From an uncultured Maribacter sp. (GTDB lineage Bacteria; Bacteroidota; Bacteroidia; Flavobacteriales; Flavobacteriaceae), in NCBI GenBank assembly GCA_947493885.1, contig CANLTE010000013.1, positions 1,772-65,771 on the forward strand: a DNA stretch of 64,000 nt. The letters run 5' to 3'. Below are positions 36,397-46,811 of this stretch, one piece after another. Both the position numbers and the translations under genes were made by a program. The notes beneath the pieces are model-generated. The model searched no databases. It saw only the letters and a list, made by a program, of their open reading frames with translations, and was not told the origin of the DNA. The stretch's first letter is position 1, and each line of letters starts with the position of its first letter.

Positions 36397-39171
36397 CTAG
36401 CTCACTAATTGCTTCTGTGATGGTTTGAACTTAGTTAATACAATACCTTCTACAGCTGCTTCGTACTCTTCCATAGTAGGTGTTCTTCCTAAAATAGTAG
36501 ATAGTACTACCACTGGTGTTGATGATAATAAAGACTCCCCTTTTTTCTCTGCTGCATCTCTCACAACTCTTCCCTGGAATAAACGTGTAGATGTTGCCAT
36601 TACCGTATCTCCTGGTTCTGCTTTTTCCTGGTTCCCCATACATAAGTTACACCCAGGACGCTCTAAGTATAACATGTTTTCATACTTAGTACGTGCTAAT
36701 CCTTTTGGTGCATCATCATCAAACACAAAACCAGAGTATTTTTCTAATATTTCCCAATCGCCTTCTTCTTTTAGCTCATCTACAATATTGTATGTTGGTG
36801 GTGCTACTACTAAAGGTGCATTAAATACTACTTCTCCTTGTTGTGCTTCAACATTTTTAAGCATTTGTGCTAAAATTTTCATATCCCCTTTATGAATCAT
36901 ACAAGACCCAATAAATCCTAAGTCTACTTTTTTAGTACCTCCATAGAAAGATAATGGCTGAATGTTATCGTGTGTGTAACGCTTAGATACATCTTCGTTA
37001 TTTACATCTGGATCCGCAATCATTGGCTCCACAATCTTGTCTAAGTCAATTACCACTTCTGCATGGTACTCCGCATCTGCATCTGGTTTTAAAGCTGGTC
37101 TTTCTCCAGATTTTAACTCTGCAATACGCTTGTTTGCTTTATCTACTAATCCTTGCAATACTTTCTTATCGTTATCCATACCCTTATCTAACATAATTTG
37201 GATACGATCTCTAGAAATTACTAATGATTCTGCTAATGTATCGTCTTCAGATATACAGATAGATGCTTTTGCTTTCATCTCAGCCGTCCAATCTGTAAAT
37301 GTAAAGGCTTCATCTGAAGTTAAGGTACCTATATGCACCTCAATGATTCTTCCCTGAAAAACATTTTCTCCTCCAAACTGATTTAACATCTGCTCTTGCG
37401 TAGCATGTACTACATCACGGAAGTCCATGTACGGCTTCATATTCCCTTTAAAGGTTACTTTTACAGACTGCGGAATTGGCATAGTAGCTTCACCTGTTGC
37501 TAATGCTAAAGCAACTGTTCCTGAATCTGCTCCAAATGCTACTCCTTTCGCCATACGTGTATGCGAATCTCCACCAATAATAACATCCCAATCATCTACA
37601 GCGATATCATTTAATACTTTATGAATAACATCGGTCATTGGAAAGTATTTCCCCTTAGGATCACGACCTGTAATTAAACCAAAGTCGTTCATAAAACTCA
37701 TTAATCTTGGAATATTAGCCTTAGACTTATCATCCCAAACCGAAGCAGTATGACAACCCGATTGGTAACCCGCATCTACAATAGGAGAAATAACGGTTGC
37801 TGCCATCATCTCTAACTCTTGAGAGGTCATTAATCCTGTAGTATCCTGAGAACCTACAATATTAACTTCTACTCTAACATTAGATCCAGCATGTAATGTT
37901 TTTCCTGGTGTGGTTCCTACTGCATTTTTGTTGAATATTTTTTCAACGGCAGTTAAACCTTGCCCATCTATAGAAACTTCTTTTGCAGCAGCATATACTT
38001 GAGGTACATCTATCCCTAAAGCTTTACATGCAAAAGTTTGTAATTTTTTACCGAAAACAACGGCGTATGATCCCCCAGCTTTAATAAACTCCATTTTTGG
38101 AGGTGTTAATGCTGTAGAAATATCTTTAACGGCTTTACCGTCTTTATATAATTTTTTCTCTTTTGTATTTATAGTAAGTATTGTACCTGTATCTACAGTA
38201 TATACTTGCTCTAAAACTGGTTCTCCATCTGCATCATAAACGGTTTTACCGCTTTCGTCTTTTTTAGTAACCCAGTTTTTAAGATCAATACCAATACCAC
38301 CAGTTACCCCAACTGTTGTTAAGAAAATTGGTGCAATACCATTAGTACCAGCAATTACTGGTGCTATATTTATGAACGGTACATAAGGGCTTGAAGAAAC
38401 TCCTGTCCATAAGGCTACGTTATTTACACCAGACATTCTAGAAGACCCCACTCCCATAGTGCCTTTTTCCGCGATTAACATAACACGTTTATCTGGGTGC
38501 TGCTCTTTTAAAGCCAACACTTCTTTTTGCATTTCTTTATTATGCTCAAACATACACTGACCATGTAATTCGCGGTCTGATCTTGAGTGTGCATCTGCAC
38601 CTGGCGATAATAAATCTGTAGAAATATCTCCAACACCAGCGATATAAGTAACGATTTCTATTTCTTCTTCTACTTCTGGAAGTTTTGTAAAGAATTCTGC
38701 TTTCGCATAACTTTCTATAATTTCTTTTGCAATAGCACTTCCTGCTTTCATTGCCTCCTCTAAACGATCCGTATCTGCTTCATAAAGGAATACCTGAGTT
38801 TTTAAAACTTTAGCAGCCTCTGCAGCAATGCCTGCATCATTTCCTAAAGCTAAGTCTAATAATACTTCAATTGATGGGCCACCTTTCATGTGAGATAATT
38901 GCTCAAACGCAAAAGCTGGTGAAATTTCTTCTAAAACAGACTCACCAAGAATAATTTCTTTTAAAAATTTTGCTTTTACTCCAGCAGCACTGGTAGTTCC
39001 TGGCAAAGTGTTATAAATAAAAAACTTAAGAGAATCTTCGCGATGGGCGTTACCTGAATCTTTGATTTGCGAAATAATTTCGCTTAATAATTCAGCTCCA
39101 TCAATTGGCTTAGGATGAAGTCCTAGAGCTTTTCTTTCTTCGATTTCTTTGATGTAATCGTTGTAGTTCAT
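36397..39171 (-). CDS. acnB: Bifunctional aconitate hydratase 2 / 2-methylisocitrate dehydratase
   Basis: HEAT-like N-terminus (FIYNTLPGTTSAAGVKA), STDLLSP, GSQDTTG, GGDSHTR, FIGSCM, PGCNLCMGNQ. Confidence 0.95.
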   Translation of the reverse strand: MNYNDYIKEIEERKALGLHPKPIDGAELLSEIISQIKDSGNAHREDSLKFFIYNTLPGTTSAAGVKAKFLKEIILGESVLEEISPAFAFEQLSHMKGGPSIEVLLDLALGNDAGIAAEAAKVLKTQVFLYEADTDRLEEAMKAGSAIAKEIIESYAKAEFFTKLPEVEEEIEIVTYIAGVGDISTDLLSPGADAHSRSDRELHGQCMFEHNKEMQKEVLALKEQHPDKRVMLIAEKGTMGVGSSRMSGVNNVALWTGVSSSPYVPFINIAPVIAGTNGIAPIFLTTVGVTGGIGIDLKNWVTKKDESGKTVYDADGEPVLEQVYTVDTGTILTINTKEKKLYKDGKAVKDISTALTPPKMEFIKAGGSYAVVFGKKLQTFACKALGIDVPQVYAAAKEVSIDGQGLTAVEKIFNKNAVGTTPGKTLHAGSNVRVEVNIVGSQDTTGLMTSQELEMMAATVISPIVDAGYQSGCHTASVWDDKSKANIPRLMSFMNDFGLITGRDPKGKYFPMTDVIHKVLNDIAVDDWDVIIGGDSHTRMAKGVAFGADSGTVALALATGEATMPIPQSVKVTFKGNMKPYMDFRDVVHATQEQMLNQFGGENVFQGRIIEVHIGTLTSDEAFTFTDWTAEMKAKASICISEDDTLAESLVISRDRIQIMLDKGMDNDKKVLQGLVDKANKRIAELKSGERPALKPDADAEYHAEVVIDLDKIVEPMIADPDVNNEDVSKRYTHDNIQPLSFYGGTKKVDLGFIGSCMIHKGDMKILAQMLKNVEAQQGEVVFNAPLVVAPPTYNIVDELKEEGDWEILEKYSGFVFDDDAPKGLARTKYENMLYLERPGCNLCMGNQEKAEPGDTVMATSTRLFQGRVVRDAAEKKGESLLSSTPVVVLSTILGRTPTMEEYEAAVEGIVLTKFKPSQKQLVS

Positions 39172-39601
39172 AAAAGAATTATTTCAATGTTATATTGGCT
39201 TGACAAGTAATCTATAAATGGAACAGTGTCCTAACGTTTATTACAAGCGTATTCTCCCTTTCATTAAATCAAATATTACAATGCCAAATGGTGATTATAT
39301 TTTGCTCTAAAAAGCGACGCAAAATACGAATTTAATGCAAAGATTTAAAAATAATGACGAGAATACATTAACGTATTATATGAAATTATTATAGTACTAT
39401 TTTTAAATAAAATAATTGCTTTTTTAACAGAAAAAGTGATGAAAATTGAATTATTAATAAAATATGATGCTGTAAAATGTTTATTTACTCAAAAGTGCTG
39501 AACTAAAAAAATATTTTTTTTTAAAAGGAGAAAAAACCAACAAATAAAACATGCGATGTTATCAAAATGGTACTCCCTTAAATATTATAGATTTTACGTC
39601 T

Positions 39602-40555
39602 CTAAAAAAGGCTTGTAATTATTTGATTTTCCGAAATACCTTCCGCCTCTGCTTTGTAGTTTTTAATAATTCGATGGCGAAGTATACCAATTGCAACTGC
39701 TTTTACATCTTCAATGTCTGGAGAAAATTTTCCATTTATTGCTGCATGTGCTTTGGCTCCAAGTATTAAATTTTGAGATGCTCTAGGTCCTGCCCCCCAA
39801 TCAATATACTGTTTAACATAGGCTGTTGCCGTTTCTAAGTTTGGTCTTGTGCTATTTACAAGTTTTACGGCATATTCCACAACATTATCTGGTACAGGTA
39901 TGCGACGTACTAAGTGTTGTACTTCCAGAATTTCCATTGCATTAAAAAGAGCATCAATACTTACCGTGTTATCATTGGTAGTACTTTTTACTACTTGTAT
40001 TTCTTCTTCAATTGAGGGATACTCCAATTCTATAGCAAACATAAACCTATCTAATTGCGCTTCTGGTAAAGGGTATGTGCCTTCCTGCTCAATAGGATTT
40101 TGAGTTGCTAAAACAAAATAGGGTAAATCTAATTTATGCTGTTGCCCTGCAATAGTAACCGCACGCTCTTGCATAGCTTCTAATAATGCTGCTTGAGTTT
40201 TAGGAGGAGTTCTATTAATTTCATCCGCCAAAACAATATTAGAAAAAATAGGGCCTTTAATAAACTTAAATGTCCTGTTTTGATCTAAAACCTCACTTCC
40301 AAGAATATCGCTTGGCATAAGGTCTGGCGTAAATTGAATACGTTTAAAGTCTAAACCTAAAGTTTGGGCAATGGTATTCACCATTAAGGTTTTTGCTAAC
40401 CCAGGAACACCTATTAACAATGAGTGCCCACCTGTATATATTGATAACAGGATTTGGTCTATTACTGCTTCTTGACCTATAATAATTTTTCCTATTTCTT
40501 GCTTAAGCGCCTTATGCTTGGCTACAAGATTTTGAATTGCAGTAACGTCTGACAT
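39602..40555 (-). CDS. MoxR-family AAA+ ATPase
   Basis: GVPGLAKT, RIQFTPDLMPSD, DEINRTPPKTQAALLEAMQE, ATQNPIEQEGTYPLPEAQLDRF. Confidence 0.95.
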   Translation of the reverse strand: MSDVTAIQNLVAKHKALKQEIGKIIIGQEAVIDQILLSIYTGGHSLLIGVPGLAKTLMVNTIAQTLGLDFKRIQFTPDLMPSDILGSEVLDQNRTFKFIKGPIFSNIVLADEINRTPPKTQAALLEAMQERAVTIAGQQHKLDLPYFVLATQNPIEQEGTYPLPEAQLDRFMFAIELEYPSIEEEIQVVKSTTNDNTVSIDALFNAMEILEVQHLVRRIPVPDNVVEYAVKLVNSTRPNLETATAYVKQYIDWGAGPRASQNLILGAKAHAAINGKFSPDIEDVKAVAIGILRHRIIKNYKAEAEGISENQIITSLF

Positions 40556-40564
40556 GAACTTTAT

Positions 40565-42028
40565 TTATTCCTTAACCCAATTATTTGAAAAATCACACTC
40601 TTTATGTGTTTCACCAACACTTACATAAGTATCTTTAATGTGCTCTGCCATCCACTCTTTAATGGCATTAAATTGCTTTTCTGTAAGTGCTAACTGTTTA
40701 ATTTTAGTGTAATCTTTTGCATAATCTGCCGTATGCTCATCATACCTATTCGTGATTTTCAAAATTTTGTACTTTGTTGCTCCGCCACGTGGGTCTTTTT
40801 CTAAAATTGGATTAGAAACCTCATTATCTTTCAAATTTCTAATTTGATTATAAAAGGTAGGCTCCATTTTAGTAAGCTCAAATCTAGAATCTAAAGTTGC
40901 AGGGTTTCTTAATAAACCTCCATCAAATTTTGTTTCTTTTTCATCTGAAAAGTTAAGCGCAGCCTCAGCAAAAGTAAACTCATTGTTTAGAAGTTTAACA
41001 CGAATACTATCTAACTCTTTTTTTGCTTCAAGTAATGACTCTTCAGATATTTCGGGTTGCAACAATATATGTCGCAAGTCCAACTCTTGACCTCTAATTT
41101 TTTCGATATAAATTATGTGATATCCAAATTGCGTTTCAAAAGGTTCTGAAACTTCCCCTTCTTTTAAACTAAATGCAACATCCTTAAATTCTTTTACAAA
41201 TCCAGATTGTCTAGTTATACCATTATACAACCCTCCTTTAGATTTTGAACCTGGGTCTTGAGAGTATAAAATTGCCTTTACACTAAAACTTGACCCATTA
41301 TCATCAACATCCGCTTTTATACCATTAAGCTTATCTATTACTTTTTGAATTTCCTTTTCCGAAGGTTTTGCTTCTTTTACTATTTGAGAAATTTCCATTT
41401 CTGCTCCAAAAACAGGGCGTTCGTTTTCTGGTATTTTACTAAAAAACTGTCTCACCTCTTCTGGTGTTATTTCTATTTCTCCGACTATGCTCTGCTGCAT
41501 TTTTTCTGACAACATACGAAGCTTATTTATTTTAAAAAGCTCCTCTCTAAAACTTTGCTCATCTTCTTTTTTATAAAACTTGAGCACTTTTTCTATAGAA
41601 CCTACTTGTTGTACTAAAGATTGTAATTGTCTTTCACCTGTAGCATTTACTTCATCGTCTGAAACCAATATACTATCTTGCACCGCTTGGTGAGCATACA
41701 ACCTATCTTCCATTAATTTACCCAATAAACTGCAACGGGTAATATCTTCGGTTGAAGCTCCTTGACTTTTTAAATCTATAAAGGTTTTTTCAATATCGGA
41801 TTCTAAGATTACATAATCTCCGATAACCGCTGAAATACCATCAAGTTTTAACTTTTTAAACGTTTTTTTAACGGTATCTTTTTTAATATCCAAACTAGCC
41901 TCCATTACGGGCTCTTGTGGTTCAACCTGAGTATCTGGCAACTCTGTCTCCTGTGCTGTAATTAAACCTGTGACCATTAAAAATGTCAGGAATAGTATTC
42001 TTTTATTTATCATTAACATATACTTCAA
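40565..42028 (-). CDS. surA: SurA-like periplasmic chaperone / parvulin PPIase
   Basis: SurA N-domain (LDGISAVIGD) and two rotamase domains (YSQDPGS...GEVSEPFETQFGYHII; FSDE). Confidence 0.85.
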   Translation of the reverse strand: MKYMLMINKRILFLTFLMVTGLITAQETELPDTQVEPQEPVMEASLDIKKDTVKKTFKKLKLDGISAVIGDYVILESDIEKTFIDLKSQGASTEDITRCSLLGKLMEDRLYAHQAVQDSILVSDDEVNATGERQLQSLVQQVGSIEKVLKFYKKEDEQSFREELFKINKLRMLSEKMQQSIVGEIEITPEEVRQFFSKIPENERPVFGAEMEISQIVKEAKPSEKEIQKVIDKLNGIKADVDDNGSSFSVKAILYSQDPGSKSKGGLYNGITRQSGFVKEFKDVAFSLKEGEVSEPFETQFGYHIIYIEKIRGQELDLRHILLQPEISEESLLEAKKELDSIRVKLLNNEFTFAEAALNFSDEKETKFDGGLLRNPATLDSRFELTKMEPTFYNQIRNLKDNEVSNPILEKDPRGGATKYKILKITNRYDEHTADYAKDYTKIKQLALTEKQFNAIKEWMAEHIKDTYVSVGETHKECDFSNNWVKE

Positions 42029-42902
42029 ATTCTTTTTCTTTAATGGCTTCGTCTATAACCTCTGTTTCTATTTGCCTCATATAAGCCAATTTTCTTCGAT
42101 TTAATATTACCTGCCTAATGGTGGGCTCTACAAATGAAAGGGGTGCTACATCATTAATTTCTTTTACCTCAACTATTTTTGCCAAATATACCCCTATTGA
42201 ATCCTCCAATTCAAAAAATTGTGATTTTTTTAAGTACTTATCCTGATTTTCAAATGTTAAGGGTGCTATTTCCTGAATTACTCTTGAAGCTGTTACCCAG
42301 ATAGAATCGTTAAAATTTAGTTTTTTGAATTGCACACCTACAGAATCTAAATACCTAACATCTTCTTTTTCAAAATCTTTTAATTTCTGAATTACAACAT
42401 CTTTATCAATAAATTGTTTTGGCAGCTCAATAAAACGCAATCTAACAACTCTTTCTTTAAGCTTAAAATTTTCTTTCTGAGTTTCGTAAAACGAATTCAA
42501 CTGATGGTTTGTAATTACAGAATCTGTGCCTTTTTGAATTAGTGCATCTTTATAAGCTCTGGTGTACAAATCAGTTTTGTACTCATCCACCAAAGCATCA
42601 AATTTTGTTAATTTTTCTTCAGGAAGGTTAATTTTGGATTTTGAAAGTAATATTTGTTTAGCAGCCCAATTGTTTATATATCCATTAACTAAGGTGGTGC
42701 TGTCTTCTTTGGAAATTCCTTTATTTAAAAAAGGAGCAACATCTTCAATATACAAATAAGACTCACCTACTCTAGCCAAGGGTTTCCCCTCTTCTTTTTT
42801 CTTCCAAAATTTACTACAGGAAAAAACCAATAACAATATTCCAAAAGATAATAAGAAGCGTAATTTTATTTTCAAAAAAGTATTCAATTTCAAACTAAAC
42901 AT
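42003..42902 (-). CDS. Lipoprotein, PPIase-like (rotamase_2) partner of SurA
   Basis: Lipobox VFSC, LARVGESYLY, APLSFVEPTIRQVILNRRK. Confidence 0.75.
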   Translation of the reverse strand: MFSLKLNTFLKIKLRFLLSFGILLLVFSCSKFWKKKEEGKPLARVGESYLYIEDVAPFLNKGISKEDSTTLVNGYINNWAAKQILLSKSKINLPEEKLTKFDALVDEYKTDLYTRAYKDALIQKGTDSVITNHQLNSFYETQKENFKLKERVVRLRFIELPKQFIDKDVVIQKLKDFEKEDVRYLDSVGVQFKKLNFNDSIWVTASRVIQEIAPLTFENQDKYLKKSQFFELEDSIGVYLAKIVEVKEINDVAPLSFVEPTIRQVILNRRKLAYMRQIETEVIDEAIKEKEFEVYVNDK

Positions 42903-43017
42903 CTCACAAAAGTAACAATAAGTTAATGCTTAACAAGCGTTACCTTTATTCATTAACAATTTTTAAGTTATAAACTTTAAAAATAGCTACCTTTAATCTT
43001 ACAAATATCATTAAATA

Positions 43018-43254
43018 GTGGCGAGACAAATTAAACTTATTTGGGATTTTAAAGGTCCTGCGGCAGCGCAAACTGCAATACATCATGAAATTCATCTTAA
43101 AGAATATATTACTTTAGAGAAAATCACTCCTGAAATCACTGGGCACGAAAATGTTAACGATATGCATAGTATTGCATATATGGTGGTTGACGAAAGTAAT
43201 ATGATTAACGTTCGTGATAAATTAAAGCCACATAGAGGTCAAGTTTATGAATAA
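43018..43254 (+). CDS. Conserved hypothetical protein (78 aa)
   Basis: ORF with KLIWDFKGPAAAQTAIHHEIHL; overlaps the start of the next gene. Confidence 0.75.
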   Translation: MARQIKLIWDFKGPAAAQTAIHHEIHLKEYITLEKITPEITGHENVNDMHSIAYMVVDESNMINVRDKLKPHRGQVYE

Positions 43255-44389
43255 AAAAAATCCTCTATTTTACCTTTTTGGTATTGTATTGTTTCTTACT
43301 TCTTGCAATACCAATCGAGAAAGTATAAACCCTCTTAAACACGTTTTAAACACCAACAACCCTTACATAAAAAAAGTAATGGATAGTGTTGCAGATTATG
43401 AAGTGCAAATACGTTACACCCAAATAAACCGAATTAAAGATAGTATTAGCTTTAAGGATTTTGATTTTCAGGTGAACGCTAACAATTATTTTTACCCTGC
43501 CAGCTCAGTAAAATTACCTATAGCTGTTTTAGCTTTAGATAAATTAAGTGGCATCGACACCTTAAATCGGAATACTACGTTTTATATTGAAGGCGACTCC
43601 ATAGAAACCACTTTTGCAAAAGAAATTGTCAAGATATTTGTTATAAGCGATAACGCTGCATATAATAGACTATTTGAGTTTTTAGGTGAAGATGCTATTA
43701 ATAACAGGCTAAAAAAAATTGGAATACACAATACAAGAATTTCGCATCAATTGGGTATAGAAGAACATGACATTACCACAAAGCCCTTAATTATTTATTT
43801 AAACGATTCTACAATATCCAGTTCTGAGTCTATCATAAACACCTCCGCAAAACCACTGGATTTAAAGAGAATAAAAAAAGGTATTGGTTATTACGAAGAT
43901 GATGAATATATGGGTGAGCCTTTTGATTTTTCACTAAAAAACCATTTTCCTTTGCATGATCAACATGAATTATTAAAGCGAATTATTTTTCCTGAAAAAT
44001 ATGTGGAGTCAAAAAAACTTAATCTTAACAAAAATCAACTTAATTTTTTATTGGATGCCATGTGTGTTTTACCAAAAAATGCAGGCTATAACAATGACAA
44101 ATACCCAGATGGATATTGCAAATTTTTTATGTACGGTGATTCCGAAGAAAAAATTCCAGAGCATATTAAAATATACAACAAAGTTGGTTTTGCATACGGA
44201 ACACTAACTGACTGTGCTTACATAAGGGATACTAAAAATAATATTGATTTTATGCTTACCGCAACAATACTGGTTAACAAAAATAAAATATTCAATGACG
44301 ACACTTATGAATATAACAAAATAGGGCTTCCGTTTTTAGCCGCGCTGGGAAGAGAAATCTATAACTATGAGTTAAATAGAAAAAAATAG
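43247..44389 (+). CDS. Lipoprotein serine hydrolase, class A beta-lactamase-like fold
   Basis: Lipobox LTSC; SxxK (ASSVK), SDN, KVG motifs. Confidence 0.85.
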   Translation: MNKKNPLFYLFGIVLFLTSCNTNRESINPLKHVLNTNNPYIKKVMDSVADYEVQIRYTQINRIKDSISFKDFDFQVNANNYFYPASSVKLPIAVLALDKLSGIDTLNRNTTFYIEGDSIETTFAKEIVKIFVISDNAAYNRLFEFLGEDAINNRLKKIGIHNTRISHQLGIEEHDITTKPLIIYLNDSTISSSESIINTSAKPLDLKRIKKGIGYYEDDEYMGEPFDFSLKNHFPLHDQHELLKRIIFPEKYVESKKLNLNKNQLNFLLDAMCVLPKNAGYNNDKYPDGYCKFFMYGDSEEKIPEHIKIYNKVGFAYGTLTDCAYIRDTKNNIDFMLTATILVNKNKIFNDDTYEYNKIGLPFLAALGREIYNYELNRKK

Positions 44390-44483
44390 ATATAAAATAG
44401 ACCCTTTGGTTAGTTAAAAATTAATAATCTTCAGAAGTAGGCTCCTTGTAAAAAGAAATGTAAAAGGCTAAATTTGCATCCCA

Positions 44484-45215
44484 ATGAATGAGCCCAAAAC
44501 AACTCGAATAAATAAATACCTCAGTGAAGTTGGTTATTGTTCTCGCAGAGCAGCTGACAAACTATTGGATCAAGGCAGGATTACTATTAACGGAAAAGTA
44601 CCTGAAATGGGTACTAAGGTATCAGAGGACGATATTGTTAAAGTAGATGGAGAACTTATTTCCGAACCCAAAGAGCAGCCTGTTTATCTGGCTTTTAATA
44701 AACCAATAGGTATTGTTTGTACTACAGATACCAGAGTTGAAAAAGATAATATCATTGACTTTATTAATTATCCTAAAAGAATTTTTCCAATTGGACGATT
44801 GGACAAACCCAGCGAAGGACTTATTTTTTTAACGAACGATGGTGATATTGTAAACAAAATTTTAAGAGCTCGAAACCATCACGAAAAAGAATATATAGTT
44901 ACTGTCGACAAGCCTATAACCTCAACATTTATTAGTAAAATGAGTAATGGTATTCCAATTTTAAACACCGTTACAAGAAAATGCGTAGTAGAAGAAATTA
45001 GTAAGTATCAGTTTAAAATCATTCTTACTCAAGGGCTTAATAGGCAAATTAGGCGCATGTGTGAATATTTGGGATACGATGTAAAAAAATTGAAACGTAC
45101 GCGTATTATGAATATCAAATTAGATGTGCCAATTGGCAAATGGAGAGACATCACATCTGATGAACTTAATGAGATTAAACGTTTGGTAAATGACTCGTCT
45201 AAAACCCATGACTAA
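44484..45215 (+). CDS. rluF: 23S rRNA pseudouridine synthase (RluF-like)
   Basis: S4 domain [15 protein letters not shown]; [10 protein letters not shown]; [10 protein letters not shown]. Confidence 0.85.
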   Translation: MNEPKTTRINKYLSEVGYCSRRAADKLLDQGRITINGKVPEMGTKVSEDDIVKVDGELISEPKEQPVYLAFNKPIGIVCTTDTRVEKDNIIDFINYPKRIFPIGRLDKPSEGLIFLTNDGDIVNKILRARNHHEKEYIVTVDKPITSTFISKMSNGIPILNTVTRKCVVEEISKYQFKIILTQGLNRQIRRMCEYLGYDVKKLKRTRIMNIKLDVPIGKWRDITSDELNEIKRLVNDSSKTHD

Positions 45216-45323
45216 GTCTCTCCGAAAAACTCTAAAAATCCATCCATTATCTGCCTTAAAATCACTAACTTAGTTACACATATCACTTTACAACATTTAA
45301 ATTTAATTATAACAGAAGAAGTT

Positions 45324-46631
45324 ATGACACCAAATATTATATTCCGCAGAAAAAAATCGTTTGTTCTGGCTATATTATTATTACTATTTGTTGGAGTTTC
45401 TACGTATGCTCAACAAGATGAACAAATAACCTTTAATGAATACAAAGGAGATGTTCTTGATAAGGATTCTAAAAAACCTTTAGTATTTGCTACGCTAACC
45501 GTTAAAGGAACTAATATTAGCACGGTTACCAATTCAGAAGGTGAATTTGCACTAAAAATTCCTACAAACATTACAGATGCTATTGTTGATGTTTCCTTCC
45601 TTGGATATAAACCCAGAACAATACCTTTAAGTGAGTTTAAAGGCAAAAACTCGAAAATATATATGGAGGTCTCTGTTACGGTATTATCGGAAGTAAATAT
45701 TAGTATCCCAAAAGATGCCAAAGATTTAGTTAAACAAACGCTAAAACTGCGTGCCGACAATTATTTTGATGACCCTACCTTAATGACTGCATTTTACAGG
45801 GAGACCATTAAAAAAAGAAAACGAAACGTATCCCTTTCTGAAGCAGTTGTTAACATATACAAATCTCCATATACGTCTTATAAAAAAGATGCCGTACAAC
45901 TGTACAAAGCCAGAAAGAGTACTGATTATAGCAAACTTGATACTGTAGCCCTAAAACTGCAAGGCGGTCCTTTTAATGCTTTATACATTGATGTTATGAA
46001 GTACCCAGAGCTTATATTTTCGGAAGAAACGTTGGATAAATATATGTTTTCCTATAGTGGTTCTACCATTGTTAATAACAAATCCGTTTATATCATTAGC
46101 TTTAAACAATACCCAGGCATTGCTGAACAGTTGTATAAAGGAGAATTATATATAGATGCAAAAAATAAAGTATTAACAAGTGCCATTTATGCTTTAAATA
46201 TTACTAATAGCGAGTTAGCGTCAAGGCTATTTGTTCGTAGAAAACCTAGCAATGCTAAGGTATGGCCCACCGAAGTCGCCTATAGAGTAGATTATAGAGA
46301 AAAAGATGGAAAATGGCACTACGGTTACAGTAATGTTTTATTAACCTTTAAAGTGAATTGGGACAAAAGATTATTCAATTCTATATACACTATGACGTGT
46401 GAAATGGCAGTTACCGATTGGGAAAAAAATCTTGAAAACAACCTCCCAAAAGCTAAAGAAAGAATAAAATCCACAATTATTTTAAGTGATGAAGCAATTG
46501 GTTTTTCTGACCCGGATTTTTGGGGGGAATATAACATTATAGAACCCGAAAAGTCAATTGAATCTGCCATCAAAAAAATTCAGCGACAATTAAAGCGTAC
46601 AAAATCTAAAAGTAAAGCTGCTAACCCATAA
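45324..46631 (+). CDS. Exported protein with CarboxypepD_reg-like N-terminal domain
   Basis: Signal peptide; PLVFATLTV...STVTNSEGEFAL...SFLGY; C-terminal DPDFWGEYNIIEP. Confidence 0.82.
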   Translation: MTPNIIFRRKKSFVLAILLLLFVGVSTYAQQDEQITFNEYKGDVLDKDSKKPLVFATLTVKGTNISTVTNSEGEFALKIPTNITDAIVDVSFLGYKPRTIPLSEFKGKNSKIYMEVSVTVLSEVNISIPKDAKDLVKQTLKLRADNYFDDPTLMTAFYRETIKKRKRNVSLSEAVVNIYKSPYTSYKKDAVQLYKARKSTDYSKLDTVALKLQGGPFNALYIDVMKYPELIFSEETLDKYMFSYSGSTIVNNKSVYIISFKQYPGIAEQLYKGELYIDAKNKVLTSAIYALNITNSELASRLFVRRKPSNAKVWPTEVAYRVDYREKDGKWHYGYSNVLLTFKVNWDKRLFNSIYTMTCEMAVTDWEKNLENNLPKAKERIKSTIILSDEAIGFSDPDFWGEYNIIEPEKSIESAIKKIQRQLKRTKSKSKAANP

Positions 46632-46752
46632 AACTTATGTTTACAAATATAGCTGTAACACTGGTAGGTTTATAAATGCAATTTTTAGAAATCATATGTC
46701 ACTAAAATTGTATATGTAGGTAGCTATATTTTCCCAAGGGAAGTAGCACCCG

Positions 46753-46798
46753 TAAATAAAAAAGAGGTTTAAACATGTTTAAACCTCTTTTTTATTTA
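46753..46798. terminator. Perfect 46-bp palindrome / bidirectional terminator
   Basis: TAAATAAAAAAGAGGTTTAAACA|TGTTTAAACCTCTTTTTTATTTA between convergent genes. Confidence 0.88.
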
Positions 46799-46811
46799 TT
46801 CTAAGCGTCTC

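Noticed and set aside
43247-44389. Calling the serine hydrolase a resistance beta-lactamase
   Set aside because: The fold motifs are shared with PBP-like peptidases and esterases, and it is lipid-anchored and long; activity cannot be inferred.
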